This document shows, piece after piece, positions 58,401 to 64,000 of a stretch of DNA of 64,000 nt. Source of the DNA: Bacteroidota bacterium (GTDB taxonomy: Bacteria; Bacteroidota; Bacteroidia; Chitinophagales; LD1); assembly GCA_947478005.1 (NCBI GenBank), contig CANJVG010000001.1, positions 17,832 to 81,831 on the forward strand. The letters are read 5' to 3'. The notes below the pieces were generated by a model that saw only the letters and a program-made list of their open reading frames with translations, did no database searches and was not told the origin of the DNA. The position numbers were made by a program, and so were the translations under genes. Position 1 is the first letter of the stretch, and the number at the start of each line of letters is the position of its first letter.

Positions 58401-59990
58401 GACATTACGGTAAGTGGAGGTAATCTGCCTTATACTTATCTTTGGAACAACCATGCCATCACCGAAGACATTAGCAATCTGAATGGCGGAACCTATTCCG
58501 TAGTTGTTTCGGATATTAACGCTTGCTCGTCTACAACAGCCGTTTCCATTTCTGTGCTTACATCACTAAGCACTACTGTTACGCATACCGACTTACTCTG
58601 CAATGGCATTAGCACCGGTTCTATTCATACCGTGGTAACAGGAGGTTCTTCACCTTATACTTTTAACTGGAATACCGGAGCTGCCAGCCAAGATTTGAAT
58701 GCTTTGGCAGCAGGTAGCTATTCGGCAGTAATTACCGATGCCAATCACTGTTCTGTTTCTGCTGCAGCTGTTCTCAAACAGCCTGCCCCTGTTGCTATCA
58801 ACATCAGTCCGAAGCCTGTAAGCTGCTTTGGATTCAGTGATGGAGAACTAAGCATTCAAGCCTTTGGCGGTACCGCCCCTTATACTTATAATTGGGATAA
58901 CGCATCATCTGATTCAACAATTAAATCCATACCAGCCGGGTCTTACGATGTAACCGTCACTGATGCAAACAGTTGTAAAACAAATTTCACAACCCTGACC
59001 GTTACTCAACCTGCTCAACTAACAGTAAGTTCATATGTCGTAAATGTAGGCTGTGCCAGCACTAACGATGGTGAGTTGCACTTTAAGGCAGAGGGCGGAG
59101 TCCCTCCTTATATTTATGAAAGCCTGAACAGTCACCTTGCCATGGACATGATGAATCTTCCAACCGGAGATTATACTGTAACCGTAACAGACAATAATGG
59201 ATGCCAAACAAGTAAGGTAGAGGTAATTGGTTTAGCCCCTCCGCTTCAACTTACGCCTCAAGTCAAAAACCAATCGTGTGCCGAGGTGAAGAACGGAGCT
59301 GTTAGTTTGAATATAACAGGTGGCACCCCTGTTTTCAATTATCTATGGAGCAATGGCGATACGTTGTCAGCCCTATCCTCCTTACCCCAAGGTCAGTATT
59401 CTGTTACTGTTTCTGACTCGCGCAGATGCTCTGCCGAAGCCAGCTTTGCACTTGCGGTTGATTATGAATTGCAGATTGATGCCACTAAATCTACCACCAT
59501 CAATTTGGGCGAATCATTACTATTGAGTGTGGTTGTCAATACCGACCACAACAATCAATATACCTGGACTCCTGCTGAAAACATAACTTGCTCTACTTGC
59601 CAAAATACGTTGACGGCACCGACCGTAACTACCCTTTACACCGTAAATGTTGTAGATGCCAATGGTTGCAAAGCGGTAGATACCTTGACGGTAGAAGTAA
59701 AATCAGTGAGCGACATTTTTATTCCGAATGCGTTTTCACCAAATGGCGATGGGCAAAATGATTTCTTACAAATCTATGGTAACACTGGCACCTTGGCCTT
59801 TGTAGATTTTATGGTGTTTGACCGCTGGGGCGAGAAGGTTTTTGAATCGGGCAACGCCAACTTTAGTTGGGATGGAACCTACAAAGGTGAACTGGTCCCT
59901 CCGGGAGCATATATCTATACCATGAAGGCTGTATTTATGAACGGATATGCACGGAACGATTTCAAAGGTAGTGTAACAGTACTGAAATAG
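52410..59990 (+). CDS. Giant SprB-repeat cell-surface protein (2526 aa) with a T9SS type B (gliding-motility-associated) C-terminal domain
   Basis: Signal peptide. I counted 31 tandem ~75-aa repeats by the signature NVSC.GG.NG.I.......GG..PY.Y.W...........L.AG.Y.VTVTD...C. C-terminus: IFIPNAFSPNGDGQNDFLQIYG...FMVFDRWGEKVFES...WDGTYKGELVPPGAYIYTMKAVF...KGSVTVLK. Confidence 0.9.
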   Translation: MKKFTRAFVLLTAICCLCLPAQAAVFINKTQVNVSCKGGNNGSIDITPSGGSAPYTYNWGGAITTQDRSNLTAGTYSITVSDFFGVSASLSITITEPTFITTTKSITSVFCGGGNTGAIQLTASGGTPGYTYIWNDLSTTPNRSNLTAANYYVTITDSKGCTKIDSANVTQPPGMVLSKTTTNVTCGSGANGAINLTVQFGVPGYSYLWNGGATTEDRTGIAAGSYVVTVTDASGCSASLSATVGQSGSTMGINSNSVMPSCYGGSNGTITVTSVVGSVGPYTYAWSDGPTTQSRTGLAAGSYTVTATSSTGCTTSNIINVAQPPLLSVVLVPFSLSCNASNNGAINTTASGGTGSYSYVWNDGSHLRNRTGLPAGNYIITVTDAKGCTVVDTAVVPEPLMLVLTQTPTPLACIGGPTGSVTANATGGTEPYNYWWGGGVITQTISNVGAGTYCATVTDNHGCTASACANIPVFIPLSVTTTQTNVICYGANTGSINVTPSNGTSPYTYLWSNGSLSQNRTALPAGTYTVTISDANPCTVSQTITITQPLFPLQINSTIADAMCYGNSNGSINITVINGTSPYSYNWGNGITTQNRTALVTGTYPLTVTDINSCSVSSSFFVSQPTLLVVSPTVANVSCFGGSNGSITLGVTGSFAPYTYSWNNGSGSPIRNGLLAGNYFVTVTDNHTCTATSSAVVNQPTAVAIVVSHGDAPCFGTSNGWINLVVSEGVAPYSYNWGNGIFTQNRTSLSAGSYPVTVTDNAGCTATASATISQPTAITVSSSVINATCFGGNNGSINLSVSGGTSPYTYNWAGNITTPIRTNLGGGTYAVTVTDAQSCTATHSAFVGPASGLSITPIVTNVSCNAGTNGSISLSVSGATPPYTFSWANGGGTLPNRTGLSANSYTVTVTDNLGCTASNTSTVIQPSVISVTTNVTNANCFGGNNGAIVVGVSGGTSPYSFNWSSGAFSQNLNLLSAGNYTVTITDNANCSLLSTSVVSQGTAILITGTVTNTTCNGGNIGAINLSVTGGVGPYTYNWGPGLVMQNRTGLSAGTYIVTVSDNVGCTASKSFVVSQPGGITASSTTTNVACNGGNNGTIILTVAGGTSPYTYNWGGGFVTPNRNNLVAGSYTVTITDNANCSISHTAVIAQTTSLNISPVITNVSCNGQSNGAINLTITGGATPYTYNWGNAITTPGRTGLSAGSYVVTITDNSNCTLSSTMSVNQPNVLSVIPTITNAACTGGNTGAINITVNGGTAPYAFNWGGNITTQDRINIPAGNYSLTVTDNANCTASIPSIVVQAVNLTLSPVITNVTCYNGNNGTISVTAGAGTAPYSYNWGNNIVSQNRANLQAGTYNVTATDIAGCSGTGSNIITQPAAITVTPIITNASCNGGNNGTISLTPNGGTAPYSFLWTNGATTSGRTGLIQGSYPVTVSDNNMCSFNTNITVNQAAPMVVNNTKSNVACFGAATGSINLSIIGGNAPYGFLWSNAASTQNISGLVANSYNVTVTDATTCTASTSVSITQAPQITTSISTINATCFGWSSGQIDLTVSGGTGAYGYLWSNAATTQDLLGVAANTYTVTVHDANSCTVTASTTITQPAQLVLTSTKINASCFSSSTGSIDLSVSGGAAPYTYAWSNAAASQDISNLTAASYNVIVNDNNACSASTSVAITQPSALVASQTHTNVSCNGGANGTINTAVTGGTYPYSYNWGGGNTLPNRTNLSAGNFTITVNDSKGCSVTATSIISEPAPIAFAFAKTNVVCSGSSTGSIDATISGGTGAYTYHWNTNALTQDLWNLNAGNYSLTVTDANTCTSSAMVAIAQPAPLTVVLTHTDISCFGAHNGSIMANVSGGNGGYVFDWSNGATTANLNNLPPNNYVLSLSDAAGCATSIALSIIEPSALTLAEAHSNITCNGAANGNIHITATGGTGNYSYAWSNGSSTPTISSLLPNNYTITVSDAKGCTASKAISITQPAPLVVSETHQPYACSGNAGAIDITVSGGNLPYTYLWNNHAITEDISNLNGGTYSVVVSDINACSSTTAVSISVLTSLSTTVTHTDLLCNGISTGSIHTVVTGGSSPYTFNWNTGAASQDLNALAAGSYSAVITDANHCSVSAAAVLKQPAPVAINISPKPVSCFGFSDGELSIQAFGGTAPYTYNWDNASSDSTIKSIPAGSYDVTVTDANSCKTNFTTLTVTQPAQLTVSSYVVNVGCASTNDGELHFKAEGGVPPYIYESLNSHLAMDMMNLPTGDYTVTVTDNNGCQTSKVEVIGLAPPLQLTPQVKNQSCAEVKNGAVSLNITGGTPVFNYLWSNGDTLSALSSLPQGQYSVTVSDSRRCSAEASFALAVDYELQIDATKSTTINLGESLLLSVVVNTDHNNQYTWTPAENITCSTCQNTLTAPTVTTLYTVNVVDANGCKAVDTLTVEVKSVSDIFIPNAFSPNGDGQNDFLQIYGNTGTLAFVDFMVFDRWGEKVFESGNANFSWDGTYKGELVPPGAYIYTMKAVFMNGYARNDFKGSVTVLK

Positions 59991-60060
59991 ACGGTTAAAC
60001 ACCACGCTAATACAGCGGATTCTCTAAAGGTTTTCATTTCCGGTTTTACCTTCAAAGAAA

Positions 60061-60088
60061 GCGACCCTAAACGGTCGCCTTTTTTTTG
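60061..60088 (+). terminator. Rho-independent terminator of the giant adhesin gene
   Basis: Stem GCGACC / GGTCGC with loop CTAAAC, followed by CTTTTTTTTG. Confidence 0.75.
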
Positions 60089-60317
60089 TGCTGAAGTTTG
60101 CCCAATACCATATTTCATTTACTAAGGCTTATAGACCCTCAGAATTTCAGTATAACAAACCTTTTTAGTCAAAATACAGTTAAGACAGTTCCATTTTATG
60201 ATGGTCAGGGTAATTGTTCATTAAATTACCATCAACCTTCCTTTTTGAAAAGACCTACTAGCTTTCTCTGCCCGAATCGTAAACTTTATAGATTTGCCCC
60301 AACTATTATAGCCTACT

Positions 60318-60773
60318 ATGAAACTACTCCTAAAATATACTGTTTTGCTTATCGCCTGTGTTGCTCTACTGTTTGCACCTTCCTGCCAAACCACGTGCGA
60401 TGCAGGATACGAAGGCAAACGGTGCGATGTGCCTTGGCGGAATAAATATAAAGGCGTATGGAGTGCCCATGATACATCAGGAGCCATAACCCTGGCCTAC
60501 CTCGACACGATTACCGATGGGAATGAGGTTACAGATGTATTTCTCTCACGCGCTTTTTCTCAAAATCAGTTTTACAAGTTTGTGAGGGCCACAATTAATG
60601 ATAATACTATAAATATTGCGAGCCAGAAACCTGACGTGACTAAAATCTATGTAGAGGGAACGGGCACACTAAATGGCGATAAAAACACCATAACCTGGGC
60701 ATATAAACTGACCAACAAATACGGGCCAATACCGGTTGATACCGTATATACAGGCGTTTGGATAAAGCAATAA
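60318..60773 (+). CDS. Small lipoprotein with an N-terminal EGF-like Cys motif (paralog 1)
   Basis: Lipobox LFAPSC, immediately followed by QTTCDAGYEGKRC (C-x3-C-x2-G-Y-x-G-x2-C). Length 151 aa. Confidence 0.65.
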   Translation: MKLLLKYTVLLIACVALLFAPSCQTTCDAGYEGKRCDVPWRNKYKGVWSAHDTSGAITLAYLDTITDGNEVTDVFLSRAFSQNQFYKFVRATINDNTINIASQKPDVTKIYVEGTGTLNGDKNTITWAYKLTNKYGPIPVDTVYTGVWIKQ

Positions 60774-60854
60774 AGACATAACGTAAACTTCGCTTGCTTG
60801 CTTAAAGTAACTTTCTACATTTGCCCCATAATTATAAACCAAAACAAAAACAAA

Positions 60855-61313
60855 ATGAAAAACATTTTCAAAGGATTTTTAGCAGCAACAACCTTAGGCG
60901 TTGTCTTAACAATTGCATCGTGTACTAAAACTTGTGATACAGGATTTGAAGGAAGCGATTGCAAAACTGAAATGAGAACGAAACTTTTAAAAACAGGTGC
61001 GGCTGTCACCGAGACATTGACTGGGGATACATCTGTTTACCACTACAACGTTGATATTGTTACTGATAGCGATCCTGCAAAGTTCCGTATCAAAAACCTA
61101 GGAAATTACAACTGCTCTACAGGCGACTATTATGTTACTGTTAACGTAGCTAGCACTAACAGCTATACCTTCAGTGGTGTGGTTTCTTGTGCTACTACTT
61201 TTAACGGAAATGCTTCGTATGATGGTACCTCTAAAAAACTGACAGTTACTTATACTGCAACATATGGTACTCCTACTAAAACAGATAACGCTACCGCAAT
61301 TATTCAGCTATAA
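60855..61313 (+). CDS. Small lipoprotein with an N-terminal EGF-like Cys motif (paralog 2)
   Basis: Lipobox TIASC, followed by TKTCDTGFEGSDC. The size and layout match the upstream neighbour. I chose the ATG at 60855. Confidence 0.65.
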   Translation: MKNIFKGFLAATTLGVVLTIASCTKTCDTGFEGSDCKTEMRTKLLKTGAAVTETLTGDTSVYHYNVDIVTDSDPAKFRIKNLGNYNCSTGDYYVTVNVASTNSYTFSGVVSCATTFNGNASYDGTSKKLTVTYTATYGTPTKTDNATAIIQL

Positions 61314-61330
61314 TATTGTAGTAGTTCAAA

Positions 61331-61369
61331 TAAAAAAAGCCGATTCGGAATTCCGAATCGGCTTTTTTT
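61331..61369. terminator. Bidirectional rho-independent terminator
   Basis: Stem AGCCGATTCGG / CCGAATCGGCT, flanked by A7 upstream and T8 downstream, between convergent genes. Confidence 0.8.
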
Positions 61370-61395
61370 TATTTGCTTAATGTAGAATACAAAGA

Positions 61396-61815
61396 TTAAT
61401 GTTTCTTTCCCAAGTTAACTGGTTGTCCTCCTGTTTCCGCACCTTTCTTTCCTTCATTTACAGCGGGTTGACCATCGCCTTTCTTACCTGTATTTCCGGT
61501 TTCCGGTTTCTTAGCTTCTGGTTTCGGAGCTGGTTTAGCCTTAGGTTTTGGAGCTGGTTTCTTTCCCTTAGTTGCCTTAGCCTGCTCTTCTTGCCATGCG
61601 GTAAATGCCACACTGGCTAAAGAGTCAACTGCAGTAGCACAAGCTTTGCTTACCTCTTCGCTCAATCCACCCAACTTTTCATCTACCGCTGTTTGAATTT
61701 TTGAATTTTGTTCATCAACCTGTTTTTTTACCTGCTCTGCATTGTTGCAAGAGGTCAGTACGATAGCAGCTGAAAAAGTAGCAACTGCCGAAAATGTCAT
61801 GAATATTTTTTTCAT
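61396..61815 (-). CDS. Hypothetical lipoprotein with a Lys/Pro/Ala-rich C-terminal tail
   Basis: Lipobox VLTSC, a helical segment, then KGKKPAPKPKAKPAPKPEAKKPETGNTGKKG... Confidence 0.6.
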   Translation of the reverse strand: MKKIFMTFSAVATFSAAIVLTSCNNAEQVKKQVDEQNSKIQTAVDEKLGGLSEEVSKACATAVDSLASVAFTAWQEEQAKATKGKKPAPKPKAKPAPKPEAKKPETGNTGKKGDGQPAVNEGKKGAETGGQPVNLGKKH

Positions 61816-61843
61816 TGTCTTTTTTGTTTTAGTGGTTTACAAA

Positions 61844-62092
61844 TTATTTAGCAGCAGTTTCCGCACTGGCCGCCTTCTTAGCCTCCACAGCTGCGTTCAC
61901 CTGAGCTTCCAATCCGCTTTGGCAAGCGGCTTGCAACTCGGCCAGTTTAGCATCTTTTTGTGCATTGAACAATGAATCAACCTGAGCATTAATTTGCTCC
62001 TGAGTAAGCGGGGTAAATTTCTCGCCACATGCTATAAATGTGAGAGAGAAAAGCACTCCCACCGCGAAAGTGAAATGAGTTACCTTTTTCAT
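61844..62092 (-). CDS. Hypothetical small lipoprotein (82 aa)
   Basis: Lipobox FIAC. The Ala/Gln/Glu-rich helical sequence has a layout similar to the N-terminal part of the downstream gene. Confidence 0.55.
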   Translation of the reverse strand: MKKVTHFTFAVGVLFSLTFIACGEKFTPLTQEQINAQVDSLFNAQKDAKLAELQAACQSGLEAQVNAAVEAKKAASAETAAK

Positions 62093-62225
62093 GATAATAA
62101 TTTGGTTTTGTTATTTAATGAGGCGAAAATAGGCTTTGCAACGGAATTAAGGAAAACAGTTTTTCACAAAAAAGACATAATCGTTGTTAGTTAGTATTGT
62201 TATACAATTCCCCCTAGACATTCTA

Positions 62226-62813
62226 CTACTCTATCTTACCGTAGAACTCTTCTTCAAACTGCGCCTGCTTCATTTTTTTATAGGCATTGCTACCCGTAAA
62301 ATTCAAAGCAATTTCCATGCTGATAGGGTCTAAGTAACCCTGGTGAATGTCAATCTTCGTTCCGGTTTCGTCTAAAACTACGCTGGCAGGATAACTCAAT
62401 TTACCATTCAACATAGTAGTGGCAAAGGCATTGGCAAAAATCTTTTTGTCGGGAATAAACTCGTAGGTCTTGCCCTTAAACGCCACCGATGTTTTAGTTT
62501 CGGCATTAAACTTTACGGGGTAAAAATGCTGGTTGATGTAATGGGCAATTTCGCGGTTCTTGTAAGTCACCGCATCTTCTTTGCGGCACCAGCCACACCA
62601 AGTGGCAAAAAAACTGATGAAGATTTTCTTCGGCTTCTTTTGTTGCGCAGCCATCGCTTCTTCAATCGTCATCCATTTAATAATCGTGTCTTTGTAGAAG
62701 CGGCTTGAATCAATACCTGCTCTCGAAATCCGCTTAGCAGATGTATAAGACCCTCCTGCAGTGGCATTATAGTAAACAGCCGAAATCAAAAGAATAGTGA
62801 GTAATTTTTTCAT
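62226..62813 (-). CDS. Thioredoxin-fold protein (secreted)
   Basis: Signal peptide and a WCGWC active-site-like motif in FFATWCGWCRKE. Confidence 0.8.
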   Translation of the reverse strand: MKKLLTILLISAVYYNATAGGSYTSAKRISRAGIDSSRFYKDTIIKWMTIEEAMAAQQKKPKKIFISFFATWCGWCRKEDAVTYKNREIAHYINQHFYPVKFNAETKTSVAFKGKTYEFIPDKKIFANAFATTMLNGKLSYPASVVLDETGTKIDIHQGYLDPISMEIALNFTGSNAYKKMKQAQFEEEFYGKIE

Positions 62814-62895
62814 GGGCTTGTAAGCTTAATGCACTGCAAGATGCTTTTTAGGCTGCAGAAAAAAAATGCTGCTAAGCCGACCGTAATAAAATAGG

Positions 62896-64000
62896 CTACG
62901 GTATGAAGTACACTTCGTACTCGTAGTTAAGTACCTTTTTCTCGCTTGCGCCTAATTTCACTTCCCATTTAATGTTCGAAGCGGGGTTTACGTAATTATA
63001 GGAGTTTACCTTGGTTACTTTACCATCGGCAGTATTTGTAAGCACCGTACCACTAAGCGATTTAGTCACGGTCACTGTTACCTCCTTGTTTTGAAAATTA
63101 TCTACGTTCACTGTTCCCTTTAATACTACTTTGCTGTAGTTGGTCTTGCCAATCTTCTTGGCCAGGTCAAGGCGCGATTTCTCTTCCTCCGAGTTTTTCA
63201 TGATGATATCAATGGCCTTCGACAAACGCACATTGGTATTAGAACCCACGGGAGTATATTTCAACTCATCCTGTGCAATGAACTGGTCTTTCTCATTCAC
63301 CACCATCACACTTGCCGTAGTCAACGGCACCGAAGAAATATTTTTCACTTCCAAGGAATGAAAAATGTCAAAGGTTCTTTCGTCCTGCGGCACGTAGCGG
63401 GTGTTATAGTAATTGGTAATATCGTTAATAGAGCCTTCATACTTATCGCGATATTCCACATTGCCCGCAAAAATGGGAAAAGTGCCTTTGCTCTGATTCG
63501 GCAATGAAATTTTACCCAGTTTATAGATATACATATCACCGGTCTTTTCACCTGCGGTACTAAATTCATTATCAAAATAGCCATCTTCCGCAGTCTCCTC
63601 ATCCTTACGGACTGCCATTGCATTACTCTGCATATAACTCTTGGTGCGATAGTTCCCTCCGGTATAAGCATTTCCATCCGAAGTAATATAGTCGTAGGTC
63701 ATTGGGTCCATCTTTCCGCTATTGCTCATTTGCGGAGAACCCACTACCAACTCCGTTTCCGATTCTTTCAAATCTTCGGCATAGTTTTCAACGGTGGCTT
63801 TCATCTCAAGACGCGCGGTTTTATCATCCTTCAACCGCAGATAATAGGAAGGAATCCAGTTGATACCTCCTGTCATATAAATCTCCTGCAACGAAAGATT
63901 ATCGGCAGGCTTATCGGCCTTTATCACCATCATTCGTTTAATGCTATCGGCCATATAAAATGCCGAAGGATCCTCTTTAAACTCCGCATCATAAATCTGC
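62896..64000 (-). CDS. DUF4139-like domain protein (5' end lies outside the window)
   Basis: The frame stays open upstream of the track's ATG (63954) to the window edge (...QIYDAEFKEDPSAFYMADSIKR). GGINWIPSYYLRL...ATVENYAEDL resembles DUF4139-type proteins. Assignment is from memory only. Confidence 0.6.
   Translation of the reverse strand, partial: QIYDAEFKEDPSAFYMADSIKRMMVIKADKPADNLSLQEIYMTGGINWIPSYYLRLKDDKTARLEMKATVENYAEDLKESETELVVGSPQMSNSGKMDPMTYDYITSDGNAYTGGNYRTKSYMQSNAMAVRKDEETAEDGYFDNEFSTAGEKTGDMYIYKLGKISLPNQSKGTFPIFAGNVEYRDKYEGSINDITNYYNTRYVPQDERTFDIFHSLEVKNISSVPLTTASVMVVNEKDQFIAQDELKYTPVGSNTNVRLSKAIDIIMKNSEEEKSRLDLAKKIGKTNYSKVVLKGTVNVDNFQNKEVTVTVTKSLSGTVLTNTADGKVTKVNSYNYVNPASNIKWEVKLGASEKKVLNYEYEVYFIP

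Noticed and set aside
1-64000. Mobile element, prophage or defence island
   Set aside because: I recognised no integrase, transposase, recombinase, restriction-modification, toxin-antitoxin or phage structural gene. The tRNA-Gln is not flanked by a direct repeat that I could see.

Overview
This is a 64-kb chromosomal segment that looks like a Bacteroidota genome. The evidence is several type A and type B T9SS C-terminal sorting domains, a giant SprB-repeat protein, a short (~289 aa) primary sigma factor, and TTG-N19-TAnnTTTG promoter motifs. I saw no integrase, transposase, CRISPR array or rRNA.

Housekeeping genes I recognise directly are accA, dapA, rpoD, gyrA, rpsA and a tRNA-Gln(UUG). Also present are an RlmI-like methyltransferase, a GT9 heptosyltransferase, a radical-SAM protein, two large AsmA-like envelope proteins, and an orphan histidine kinase and response regulator.

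The clearest functional module is a cobalamin riboswitch (~14240-14400) followed by eight tightly packed or overlapping genes (14512-22625):
- two T9SS-sorted surface proteins
- a BtuB-like TonB-dependent receptor
- a beta-propeller-like lipoprotein
- BtuF/C/D-like ABC transporter components

The observations I consider most worth following up are:
1. An array of ten phased 41-42 bp direct repeats with a 3-unit higher-order structure. It fills the divergent region between an XRE regulator and an unusual CarboxypepD_reg-domain gene (7098-7512).
2. A minus-strand operon of two collagen-like (G-X-Y) proteins with globular C-terminal domains plus a small secreted protein (48661-52100). It lies divergent from a 2526-aa protein with 31 SprB repeats and a type B T9SS domain, and no PorP/SprF-like gene is adjacent.
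3. Two further phased 21-bp tandem arrays, one downstream of gyrA and one upstream of rpsA.
4. A T9SS-sorted protein carrying twelve exact 20-residue LRRs of the IpaH/YopM type.

All family assignments come from motif recognition by eye. No database search was run, so family names should be treated as hypotheses to confirm with HMM or BLAST searches.
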